Origin: an uncultured Actinomycetes bacterium
GTDB lineage: Bacteria > Actinomycetota > Thermoleophilia > RBG-16-64-13
Assembly: GCA_963713545.1 (NCBI GenBank)
Contig: CAVQME010000003.1
Location: forward strand, 6,446-70,445
Reading direction: 5' to 3'
Length of the DNA stretch: 64,000 nt
Positions 28,873 through 37,551 of this stretch are shown here, one piece after another (the first letter of the stretch is position 1; every line of letters starts with the position of its first letter). The notes below the pieces were generated by a model. It did not search any database and was not told where the DNA came from. It saw only the letters and a list, made by a program, of their open reading frames with translations. The translations under genes were made by a program, and so were the position numbers.

Positions 28873-29109
28873 TTATCGTCTACTTGCACCCACTCCTTTA
28901 AGCGGGGCGAAGTGCCGTGTGGATCTGTGGTGGGGGAGCGCCCGGTGGATCCAAGCCGGCCACGCAAGACCAGCCGTGTCGATCAGCGCCCGGATTCCCG
29001 CGACGAACAAGGGTAGGAAGTTCTGCCTGAGGTTCATTGGCTTCGCCGACTCCAACAGCTCGCCACGCCGGATCTGCGAAATCTCCCACAGCAGTACTCG
29101 GTCCATCAT
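28873..29109 (-). CDS. Possible small hypothetical protein (78 aa)
   Basis: ATGATG with GGGGA SD; fills the gap and is co-oriented with the downstream gene. Confidence 0.35.
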   Translation of the reverse strand: MMDRVLLWEISQIRRGELLESAKPMNLRQNFLPLFVAGIRALIDTAGLAWPAWIHRALPHHRSTRHFAPLKGVGASRR

Positions 29110-29119
29110 CGCTCGTCCC

Positions 29120-29566
29120 CAGATCCTGACTCGCGAGGGTTGGCCCGTGGTGGTCCAGACCCGCTCGCCTCTGATCCTCCGCGAAGCCGATATCCTCAGC
29201 CACGCGCTGGATCTCGAAGTCGGCTTGACGGTCACCACGGCGGCCGACGGCATCCGAAGGCTGTTCGAACCGCAGGCTCCGCCTATCGAGGAGGGGATCA
29301 AGGCCCTGGATGAATTGCATCGTGCCGGCATCAAGACTTTCGCCATGATCGCGCCGTTGCTTCCCGGTGCTGAAGAACTCGCTGGCTTACTCGCGGGCAA
29401 GGTCGCCCACGTGCTCATCGACAGGATGAACTACAACTACGGCGCGTGGGTGTACCGCAAGTACGGGATGAGGGAAAAACTCTGCGAAGACTTCTTCCGA
29501 CAGACCTCGAGCGAACTGGTTTCCACGCTCGAGGCAGCAGGCGTCCCCTGTCGGGTCGTGTACTGA
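29120..29566 (+). pseudogene. C-terminal remnant of radical SAM protein (SplB/Rv2578c-like)
   Basis: QTRSPLILR..D, VGLTVTT, FEP.APP, IAPLLPG present; no CxxxCxxC and no family-like N-terminus in frame. Confidence 0.7.
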
Positions 29567-29644
29567 GGGTCATCGCCGAGCAGATGACCTTGTTCCCGAT
29601 TGCCGGCAAGATCCTAACGGCAGAGGTCCAGGAGGAGCGGCCGA

Positions 29645-31504
29645 CTAGAACCCTGTCGTCGGCGGGCTGGTCGTCGACGTCGGCTTTTCGGTCGTGGCTG
29701 TGGTCGTGGTCGCCGGCTTCTTGGTGGTAGTAGTGGTGGTCTTCCCGGTGCCCACTTCGACCTCTTGCGGGATCATCTTCCACTTGCTGAGAAAGGTGTC
29801 CTTGTGGATGACGGTGCCGTCTTTCGCCTTGACCGTGCGGACGACCTTGATCTCCTTGCCGTCCTGGCCGCTCATCCTGATGTACGTCGTCCCCGGCCCC
29901 AGCCAGGAAGCGTCGTACTTGATCACCTGCATCTTCTCGACGTTATAGAACTGACCGGTCTTGTAGCTCACCGTGCGGCCGTCGTCGGTCCCATAGATGT
30001 TGAACGTGGTGGTGATCCCGTTTGAAGCGCCTCTGATCAGGATGTAGTGGTCGGTGTCGTTGCGGAAGCGCATGTTCGGCGACTCTGCGCTCACCGTGGC
30101 GTCCCTACCCTTGGGATAGTGGTCGATGTAGATGGAGTGGTTCTTGCGCTCCACTATCTCGAGCCCGGCGAAAAAGGCCGCGTTGAAGAGGGTGGTCGAC
30201 ACCTGGCAGATCCCGCCTCCCAGGACGTCTTCCAGCTTGCCGGGGCCGGTGATGCCATGGGCCAGCTTGTAGCCCCGCTTTTCCGTGCGCGGACCTACCT
30301 GCTTGTCGAAATCGTATACTTCGCCGGGGGCCAAGAGCACGTTGTTGGCATATTCAGTGGTGATACGCACATTCACCTGCCGGTCAGGGGTACCCTCCCA
30401 CTCCGTGGTGAAGCCGCCGAGCTTGTCATGGATGCCCAGTGACTCGGCCTCTTCGGTGGTGCGCTCGGGTTGCGTGGCCGTCACCACGGCCTCTGCCGTC
30501 CGCCCGGAGACCTTGAGCGCGGCAGCGGTCAAGGTCTCGGCGGTGGCTTCGGCGTCAAGGGCCCGCCCGTTGACCGCGGCGACCACCCATGCTTGCTGCC
30601 CGTCGCTCGACCAGGTGGCATTCGCGGCCTTACGATTCACCTTGTCGTCGATCTTGTCGAAGTAGGGATCCATCTTCTCCGCCGAGAGGTACGGCACCAG
30701 CGTGGACACCCCGTTCCGGTCCTCAGTGGAGAAATCCATATAGGCGCCGATCTGCTCAGGAGTCAGGGTCCACTTGTTGTCGCCGTCCTTCAGCACGATC
30801 TTGGCGGAGATCATCGTCTTGGCCTGGGCGACCGCTCCCTCGCTGTCCTCGGCCTGGATCTCGGGCTCCTTGAGCACCATCGGAACGGGAAGTCCCGTGG
30901 CGTGCAGAGTGAACAGCAAGGCCTTGAGCTGCTCGCGTACCGAAGCCTGATCTACCACCCGTCCCTTTTGGCCCTCCACGACTCTGACGGTGGTGCCATC
31001 GATCGACAGCCCCGCGTTGACCGGGGGCATGTCGACCTCTTTGGCCACTTCGGCCAGGACTTCGTCCATGAGCGCGCTGTCGACCGTCCCCTGCAGAGGG
31101 ATGTCCTTGTCGTTGAAGAGCAGCCTTACCCGCCGGGCCATATCGACCACGAAGTTGCTCTCGCGCGACGCCTCCATGGCAGACGCGACCGCGCCGGTCA
31201 CGTCGATCTTGGTACCAACATCGCGAGGCATGACGTCCCAGCTCTTTTCACCGCTCGTAAGAGTGATGGGCTCGTCTTGGGCTTGTTTGACCAGCCGGGT
31301 GACGGCGGCGGTGGCCTCGTCGCGGGTCATTCCTCCGACAGGGTGGCCGGAAATCGTGACTCCAGCGTGCACCTTGTTGTAGTAGAGGGCGGAGTCTATT
31401 AGGGCGACGAGCCCGACGAGAGCGATGACACAAGCGACGGCGATAAGGATGCGCAGTCTCCTGCGGCCGCGCCGGCGTTTCTTGCTAGCTGTCTTCTTTG
31501 CCAA
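29645..31504 (-). CDS. VanW family protein with peptidoglycan-binding (YoaR-like) domains and Thr-rich tail
   Basis: GGGICQVSTTLFNA, ERKNHS..YPKGRDATV, FRNDT; N-terminal TM anchor. Confidence 0.92.
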   Translation of the reverse strand: MAKKTASKKRRRGRRRLRILIAVACVIALVGLVALIDSALYYNKVHAGVTISGHPVGGMTRDEATAAVTRLVKQAQDEPITLTSGEKSWDVMPRDVGTKIDVTGAVASAMEASRESNFVVDMARRVRLLFNDKDIPLQGTVDSALMDEVLAEVAKEVDMPPVNAGLSIDGTTVRVVEGQKGRVVDQASVREQLKALLFTLHATGLPVPMVLKEPEIQAEDSEGAVAQAKTMISAKIVLKDGDNKWTLTPEQIGAYMDFSTEDRNGVSTLVPYLSAEKMDPYFDKIDDKVNRKAANATWSSDGQQAWVVAAVNGRALDAEATAETLTAAALKVSGRTAEAVVTATQPERTTEEAESLGIHDKLGGFTTEWEGTPDRQVNVRITTEYANNVLLAPGEVYDFDKQVGPRTEKRGYKLAHGITGPGKLEDVLGGGICQVSTTLFNAAFFAGLEIVERKNHSIYIDHYPKGRDATVSAESPNMRFRNDTDHYILIRGASNGITTTFNIYGTDDGRTVSYKTGQFYNVEKMQVIKYDASWLGPGTTYIRMSGQDGKEIKVVRTVKAKDGTVIHKDTFLSKWKMIPQEVEVGTGKTTTTTTKKPATTTTATTEKPTSTTSPPTTGF

Positions 31505-31648
31505 TAAGGGTCGTGCTCCTCAAATCGCGGATGGTACAAGATAACAGATGCAGGCCATTTCATTGAGGTTCCAGCCCTGCCGTTGAGATCCTCAAACGAA
31601 GCTGCCGTGGCCTTTCAGGCGCGGGCTTTGCAGAAGATCTGGTGCCGC

Positions 31649-31684
31649 TTGACATCGCTGGATTAGAGGTCTAGATTTAAGACC
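31649..31684 (+). promoter_or_regulatory. Sigma-70-type promoter with inverted repeat over the -10 box
   Basis: TTGACA-N17-TAGATT; GGTCT-N7-AGACC at 31668-31684. Confidence 0.7.
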
Positions 31685-31784
31685 AATATACATTCGAGCC
31701 TTGCCCGTGCTACCTGAGACACGCCGGCAAGAAGACGGTTCCTGAACATCTGCCAACCAGCGACGGTGGCGTGACAGTCGGCCC

Positions 31785-31919
31785 AAGGGGGTGATATCCG
31801 CTGAGGGATCTGGGGACGAAACGAAATCTGCATAGTAGTGTCAGGGGCGAGTGACTGCGACCGGCCGGTTCCGGGCCGAGGCGGCTTTGCCGTCGGCCCA
31901 GCGACCGGAGGGGTCAGTC
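31785..31919 (+). promoter_or_regulatory. Structured leader: strong SD, 17-codon CTG-start uORF (31801-31854), long hairpin (31853-31919)
   Basis: AAGGGGGTGAT 5 nt before CTG; stems GACT/AGTC, GACC/GGTC, CCGGT/ACCGG, GGGCCGA/TCGGCCC, CGGC/GCCG. Confidence 0.4.
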
Positions 31920-31938
31920 TGTACGAGGAGTGGGAGAT

Positions 31939-34005
31939 ATGACACAGAGAAGGCGCTTGATCACGATCTCGGTGGCCATGGTCCTGGTGGTGTTGCTGCT
32001 GGTTTCGATAACGGCAGTGGCGACGGCAGGGGCGACTTTCAGCGCCCAGTGCTACGTCAAGAACGTGAGCAAAGTAGTAGCAGCGGGTGAAACTTGGACC
32101 GTTACTCAGACCACCCGCCTGTCGAAACTGACCGTCGCCCCGGGCGGGATAATCGCCGCGCCCGAGGGCATGAGCGTCACGCTGACGGTCAACGGAGTCG
32201 AGACCGGAGGCCTGCTGGTGACGACACCAGGGGTCGAAACGAGAATAGGTCCAGGCACGTACCAGGGTAATGTCGTGCTTACCGTGACCGACGAGAACCT
32301 GGTCAAGTACGAGCAAGCAGGCGGCCCGCCCCCGGGCGGCGGCGGCCCGCCTCCAGGAGCCGCGGCTGTGGAAGCGCAGCAAGACGGCCCGCCTCCCCCA
32401 GCGGCGCCCGTGTTCTTCCCCTTCCGCCAGGCTCTCTACGTGGACGAGAGTGGGGTCGTCCACGAGAAGTCCGTGTGGGCCGCGATCAGCGGGGGACCGG
32501 TGACGGACACCTCCGCGACGAACCTGCGGGTGACATCGACCGGTGAGAACTTCAATGGGGTCTTCGTGACCGATGCTGCCTACACCCTCTGGGGACCCAA
32601 GATCAATCTCACCGGCAACGGCCGTAGCGACTTCGTCGGCTACGGCGCAGCCGTAGTGTCCCGGGGCGAGGATGCGAGAGTGGTGGTCGATGGAGCAAGG
32701 ATCGTGACCGACGGTGTGGTCCGGTCCGCCATCGTGGCCGACACGGGCAGCAACATGATCGTCAAGAACTCCTACATCCAGACGAACGACGGCGTTCTGC
32801 CCGCCGACTACGTGCCCACCATCGACACGACCCAGATGAGGTCGGTGCCCTGGATGTTGAGCCTGTCGGGCAACTGCCGGGCCACCAACCTGCTGGGGAC
32901 CAATACCAAGGCTAGCTACATCAATTCGTACATCGGAGCGGAGGGTTGGGGTGTGCTTTCCACCGACGGTTGCACGACCCCGACGCTCACGGCCATCAAC
33001 AGCACGATAGCCATCACCGGTCCTGACGGGTACGGATCGTACGGTATCGGCGATGCCACCGAGAACTTCCTTGGCTGCACGTTCGACGTCGCCACCTACG
33101 CCACCATCAGCAGAGGCAGCTTCCTCTACTACGGTGACAGCACTCGCGATGCCGTGAAGAAGCTCAATGCCGATCTCGATCTCGGGCTCACGGCAGCCGA
33201 GCTCAGGAAGATCCCGGTCAAAGCGACAGTGGTCAACTCCGACCGCTTCGGCATCATGTGGCATGGCGGCGGCACGGTGGATATCAGCGGCGGCACCATC
33301 TTCAACACCGGGGAGACAACCTTCCTCGACAAAGGCCAGAACATCGCGATCACCGTGGACGGCTCGAAAGGCGCCAAGCTGAACCCGGGCAACGGCGTGA
33401 TCCTGCAGCTGATGGATGACGACGATCCCGGTCCGGTACCCCCGGCCATGACGAACACCGGTATCTGGCACCAGAAGACCGACCCCGTCGCCGTGCAAGA
33501 GGGTCACGACATCTTCGCCGCAGGGGCCACCGACGCGCTCGCTACCTTCAAGAACATCAAGCTGGCTGGTGACTTCTTCAACGGCATGCGCGGCGACATC
33601 GGCGGCATGGGAGGCATGATGCCGCCCAGCCCAAGGAACATGGGTCTTACCTTCCAGGAGTCCGCCATCACCGGACTGATCACCGCATCCACCACCAACA
33701 ACCGTTTCGCCGACACCATCCCCGCAGAGGATTTCAGGTACCTGGGTGAAGTGGACAACACTCCCAGCGAAACCATCAACAACGGCGTGATCGTCGGACT
33801 GGCCAGGTCCACCTGGGTCGTCACCGGCACGTGCTACCTGACCAAGTTGTCGCTCGACTCCAATTCTTCCGTCAGGGCCGCCTTCGGCCACGGGCTGACG
33901 ATGACGGTCGATCCCGACGGCGCAGCTGGGGAAGCCCCCGCAGTCCTGACCCCGATCGTTCCCGGCCAGACTTACACGGGTTACATCGTGTTGACGCTTA
34001 GCTAG
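31939..34005 (+). CDS. Secreted hypothetical protein, probable beta-helix with repeated terminal domains
   Basis: Signal peptide; Gly/Thr/Asn-rich beta-strand periodicity; high-GC codon pattern on this strand. Confidence 0.8.
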   Translation: MTQRRRLITISVAMVLVVLLLVSITAVATAGATFSAQCYVKNVSKVVAAGETWTVTQTTRLSKLTVAPGGIIAAPEGMSVTLTVNGVETGGLLVTTPGVETRIGPGTYQGNVVLTVTDENLVKYEQAGGPPPGGGGPPPGAAAVEAQQDGPPPPAAPVFFPFRQALYVDESGVVHEKSVWAAISGGPVTDTSATNLRVTSTGENFNGVFVTDAAYTLWGPKINLTGNGRSDFVGYGAAVVSRGEDARVVVDGARIVTDGVVRSAIVADTGSNMIVKNSYIQTNDGVLPADYVPTIDTTQMRSVPWMLSLSGNCRATNLLGTNTKASYINSYIGAEGWGVLSTDGCTTPTLTAINSTIAITGPDGYGSYGIGDATENFLGCTFDVATYATISRGSFLYYGDSTRDAVKKLNADLDLGLTAAELRKIPVKATVVNSDRFGIMWHGGGTVDISGGTIFNTGETTFLDKGQNIAITVDGSKGAKLNPGNGVILQLMDDDDPGPVPPAMTNTGIWHQKTDPVAVQEGHDIFAAGATDALATFKNIKLAGDFFNGMRGDIGGMGGMMPPSPRNMGLTFQESAITGLITASTTNNRFADTIPAEDFRYLGEVDNTPSETINNGVIVGLARSTWVVTGTCYLTKLSLDSNSSVRAAFGHGLTMTVDPDGAAGEAPAVLTPIVPGQTYTGYIVLTLS

Positions 34006-34084
34006 ATCAGAAACGACGGCCGATGGCCGAGGGGCAGGGTCGGCGACAGGCGGCCCGAATGCCCGAGCCGGCATTGGAAGGAAC

Positions 34085-34115
34085 GGGGGCCGCGTCACTC
34101 CGTGACGCGGCCCCC
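34085..34115. terminator. 14-bp GC-rich hairpin
   Basis: GGGGGCCGCGTCAC-tcc-GTGACGCGGCCCCC. Confidence 0.55.
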
Positions 34116-34200
34116 CGGCGTCTGCGGGCCCTCACCGCGATCGCGTTCTCCGCGACCTCGCAGTCGCACGCCGACATCTGCGAAGCGCTAACATCTCGGC

Positions 34201-34869
34201 ATGACGGACGCTCTCGTTTTCGACCTCGACGGGACCCTCTGGGATGCCGCGGCCGCCTCGACCCGCGGTTGGAACCGGGCCCTCGACCAGATGGGTGTCT
34301 CTTCGCGAGTCACGGTGGACGACATCAGGTCGGTCTCTGGCCGGCCGTTCGCTCGATGCGTCGAGGTTCTGCTCCCCGAACTCGGTCCCGCGACGGAACA
34401 CACTCTCCGTGTGCTGGAGGAGCACGAACGCATCGAGATCGAGGCCGTGGGCGGACACCTCTACCAAGGCGTGGCCGGCGGCCTCCTGCAACTGGCCGCG
34501 GTTTGCCGGCTGTTCCTGGTCAGCAATTGTCCGGGCTGGTACCTTGACGCGTTCTTCCGGGCCAGCGATCTGCGGGAGTGCTTCACCGGCTGGGACTGCC
34601 ACGGGTCGTCTGGGCTGAGCAAGGCCGCGATGCTGGTGGACCTGAGCAACAGATATGATCTTGGGTGCGCCACGTATGTGGGCGACACCCGAGGCGACCG
34701 GGAAGCGGCGGAGCAAGCCGGTATGGAGTTCGCCTTCGTGCGCTACGGGTTCGGAGACGTGGGGCCGGTGCCGCTCGCGTTCGACAGCTTCGGCGAACTT
34801 GCCAGGTACTACCTCAGCTCCTGTGGCGGCCCGTCCACGGCCGGTCTTGGCCGGGATGGGCAGACCTAG
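34201..34869 (+). CDS. HAD family hydrolase (phosphoglycolate phosphatase-like)
   Basis: FDLDGTL, VSN, K, YVGDTRGD. Confidence 0.9.
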   Translation: MTDALVFDLDGTLWDAAAASTRGWNRALDQMGVSSRVTVDDIRSVSGRPFARCVEVLLPELGPATEHTLRVLEEHERIEIEAVGGHLYQGVAGGLLQLAAVCRLFLVSNCPGWYLDAFFRASDLRECFTGWDCHGSSGLSKAAMLVDLSNRYDLGCATYVGDTRGDREAAEQAGMEFAFVRYGFGDVGPVPLAFDSFGELARYYLSSCGGPSTAGLGRDGQT

Positions 34870-35910
34870 ATGGACTCCCGGGAGCGCGTCCGGACAGCCC
34901 TCGCCGGCGGACGCCCCGACAGAGTGCCCTGCGCTCTTGGCTTCTTCCTCCAGCCACTCTTCGGTGTCGAGGATGCCGACGAGCTGTTTCAGACCGATGT
35001 CAGATTCGTCGGATTCGATCCACCCGTCGAGCAAGACCGTTTATTGGAGTACCTCGAGGCTTTGCCGGCGGACGTGCACGTGGGGAGTGAGGCTCAGCTC
35101 CGCACCTATGAGGAGTGGGGCTATCGACCCGCTGAGGACTCGATCCACCCGCTGGGGCGGCTCCGGTCCACCGCCGAATGGACCCGCGGCCTTCTGCCCG
35201 ACTTCTCCGACCGGCGAAGGCATCAACGCCTCGCAGAGGATGTGCGGCGCCTCCAAGACCGCGGGCTGGCAGTGGCCGCTTCTCCTCCACACCTCGGGGG
35301 AGAGTTGTTCGAGAGCGCTTGGCGTCTACGCGGCTTCGAGCGTTTCATGAGAGATCTTGTGAAGGAACCCGAATTGGTGGGGTACCTGATCGACCAGCTG
35401 GCCGCGTTGGCGACAGAGAGCGCAGTCATCCTTGCGCGTTGCGGGGTCGATATCCTCATCCTCGATGACGATGTGGCCTATTGCGGCGGCCTGCTCATCA
35501 GCCCGTTCATGTGGCGCCGGTTCTTCAAGCCCCGACTCGCCCGGATCATCGAGGCCGCTCGGCGGGTGGCACCGGACCTATTGATCTTCTATCACAGTGA
35601 CGGGGACTTCACCAGGCTTCTCCCAGACCTGGTGGAGCTGGGAGTGAACGTTGTCAACCCGGTAGCGCCGGACTGTATGGACGCCGCGGCCATCCGCCGC
35701 GCCTTCGGCGGGCGCCTGGCGCTGTGGGGGACTGTCGGCACCGCTGTCACCTGGGACCTGGGCACGCCCGCCCAGATCCGCGAAGAAGTGCGGCAGCGGA
35801 CAGCCTCGGTGGGCAGGTCCGGCCTGCTGCTGTCTCCTGCCTACGATCTCGACTTTGCTCCGCGAAGGAACGTGGCCGCGTTCAGCGAGGCCGTGCGCGA
35901 CCTCGGATAG
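34870..35910 (+). CDS. Uroporphyrinogen decarboxylase family (MtaA/CmuA-like) protein
   Basis: SRERVRTAL..PDRVP, LRGFE, DDVA, HSDG, LWGTV. Confidence 0.85.
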   Translation: MDSRERVRTALAGGRPDRVPCALGFFLQPLFGVEDADELFQTDVRFVGFDPPVEQDRLLEYLEALPADVHVGSEAQLRTYEEWGYRPAEDSIHPLGRLRSTAEWTRGLLPDFSDRRRHQRLAEDVRRLQDRGLAVAASPPHLGGELFESAWRLRGFERFMRDLVKEPELVGYLIDQLAALATESAVILARCGVDILILDDDVAYCGGLLISPFMWRRFFKPRLARIIEAARRVAPDLLIFYHSDGDFTRLLPDLVELGVNVVNPVAPDCMDAAAIRRAFGGRLALWGTVGTAVTWDLGTPAQIREEVRQRTASVGRSGLLLSPAYDLDFAPRRNVAAFSEAVRDLG

Positions 35911-35995
35911 CCAGTGGCGCTGCCGCGCGCCGTCGCCCGCTCCACCGGCGGCTGCTTCGCCAGGCGGGCGGGGCCGGCAGGCGGCGAGGCGGGAT

Positions 35996-36391
35996 CTACG
36001 CCACCGCCATGGCCTCGAGCTCGATCATCCAGTCGGGCTGGGCGAGGCGCACGACTTGTACCAGCGTAGATGTGGGCTTGCACCCTGCCGCCTTCAGCCG
36101 CTCCCCGACGACCGGCACAGCTTCCAAAAAAGCAGGAATATCGGTCGTGAAGTAGTTGAGCTGGACCAGATCGGAGAGCTTCAAGCCTGCGTGGCCGAGA
36201 ACGATCTCGAGGTTGTCTAGGGCCGCGTGAAACTGGGCCACCATGTCCCCGGCGTGCAACGTGTTGCCATCCTTGTCCACCGAGAGTTGGCCCGAGACCA
36301 AGACGGTCCGGCGCACGCCCTCGAGCTCGATCGCCTGAGAGAAGTCTAATTGATCCTGCCATGTTCCCGGGTTTATCGCTCTCTTCTGCAT
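35996..36391 (-). CDS. RidA/YjgF family protein
   Basis: FSQA, VSGQ, PTSTLVQV..LA.P..MIELEA. Confidence 0.88.
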   Translation of the reverse strand: MQKRAINPGTWQDQLDFSQAIELEGVRRTVLVSGQLSVDKDGNTLHAGDMVAQFHAALDNLEIVLGHAGLKLSDLVQLNYFTTDIPAFLEAVPVVGERLKAAGCKPTSTLVQVVRLAQPDWMIELEAMAVA

Positions 36392-36540
36392 GTTGCTGAC
36401 CTCCTATCGCTTTGCTGTGCCGGTGATGCCGCACGCGCATCGGCCGCAGGCAGGTCGACCTCGAGGACACGCTTCCCGCTTACGGAATGGCCTGAGGTAC
36501 ACTGCTGCGACCACTAGAGTATAGGGAGAACCGGACCGTG

Positions 36541-37533
36541 ATGAAGATCGATCTCGAGAACCACTTCTGCACCGAGGCGTGGATCCAAGCCCTCCGCGAC
36601 AATCCCGGCTATCCCCGGCTGGAGAACGAGGGCGAGAGACTCTCCCCCGAAGTGTGGAGCTCCATGGCCAAGAAGCGGGAGCTTCTCGATCTGGGTGAGG
36701 GCCGCATCGAGCACATGGATGCCTCCGGTATCGACCTCGCGTACCTTTCTCTTACCTCGCCCGGAGTTGAGGCCTTCGATCCAGCGGTAGGGGTCAAGGT
36801 CGCGGAGAACGCCAACGACCTTCTGGCCGAGGCGGTCGCCCGCCACCCCGACCGCCTCGGCGGCTGGGCCACCATCGCGCCCAAGGATGTCGACCACGCC
36901 GTCAAAGAACTCGAGCGCTGCGTCAAGAAACTGGGCTTCAAGGGATGGGATACTCACTCCAACTTCGGCGACTCGTACCTGGACGACCCCATGTACTGGC
37001 CCATCCTGGCCAAGGTCGAGGAGTTGGACGTGCCGATCTATCTCCATCCGGCCATCCCCATGATCCCGGAACTGCGGACCTTCGGGTTCGTGCTCGCGGG
37101 TCCCACGTTCGGCTTCGGGGTCGAAGTGGCCTACGTGTTCATGCGGATGATCGTGCGGGGCGTCTTCGATCGGTTTCCCCGGCTGAAGATCATCATGGGG
37201 CACTACGGGGAAGCCCTGCCCTTTTTCGTCAACCGGGTCGACTGCGCCTACCGACAGGGCAAAGGAGCGCCGAATCCCGAATTCGGTCCGGGCAGCAAGA
37301 AATGGGCGAGCGAGTACATCCTCAGCAACCTCTGGGTCACCACCAGCGGTAACTACTACCCGCCGGCGTACTACTGCTCCAGGGATGGTCTGGGAGGGGA
37401 CAAGATCCTGCTGGGCTCCGACTTCCCCTACGAGAAGATGAACACGTGCACCGACTTCATCTTGAGTCTCGACCTACCGGAGGATGAGCAGGCCCGGGTG
37501 TTCACGGCGAACGCCCGGGCCCTAGGCTTCTGA
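36541..37533 (+). CDS. Amidohydrolase-2 family (ACMSD/hydroxybenzoate decarboxylase-like)
   Basis: DLENH, MDASGID, IYLHP, GHYGE, TTSG, GSDFP. Confidence 0.88.
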   Translation: MKIDLENHFCTEAWIQALRDNPGYPRLENEGERLSPEVWSSMAKKRELLDLGEGRIEHMDASGIDLAYLSLTSPGVEAFDPAVGVKVAENANDLLAEAVARHPDRLGGWATIAPKDVDHAVKELERCVKKLGFKGWDTHSNFGDSYLDDPMYWPILAKVEELDVPIYLHPAIPMIPELRTFGFVLAGPTFGFGVEVAYVFMRMIVRGVFDRFPRLKIIMGHYGEALPFFVNRVDCAYRQGKGAPNPEFGPGSKKWASEYILSNLWVTTSGNYYPPAYYCSRDGLGGDKILLGSDFPYEKMNTCTDFILSLDLPEDEQARVFTANARALGF

Positions 37534-37551
37534 GATAGCGCACCGGATCGG

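Noticed and set aside
31801-31822. Hammerhead-like CTGAGGGA...GAAAC (similar CTGATGGGA...GAAAC at 19532-19590)
   Set aside because: Core deviates from CUGANGA and stems I-III cannot be formed convincingly
31663-34098. 811-aa minus-strand ORF
   Set aside because: Antisense shadow of the secreted protein, which has the promoter, SD and signal peptide
34867-34872. TAG immediately followed in frame by ATG (HAD to UroD-like): pyrrolysine/readthrough fusion
   Set aside because: Both proteins are complete stand-alone families and the stop is not at a conserved residue; simple adjacency is sufficient
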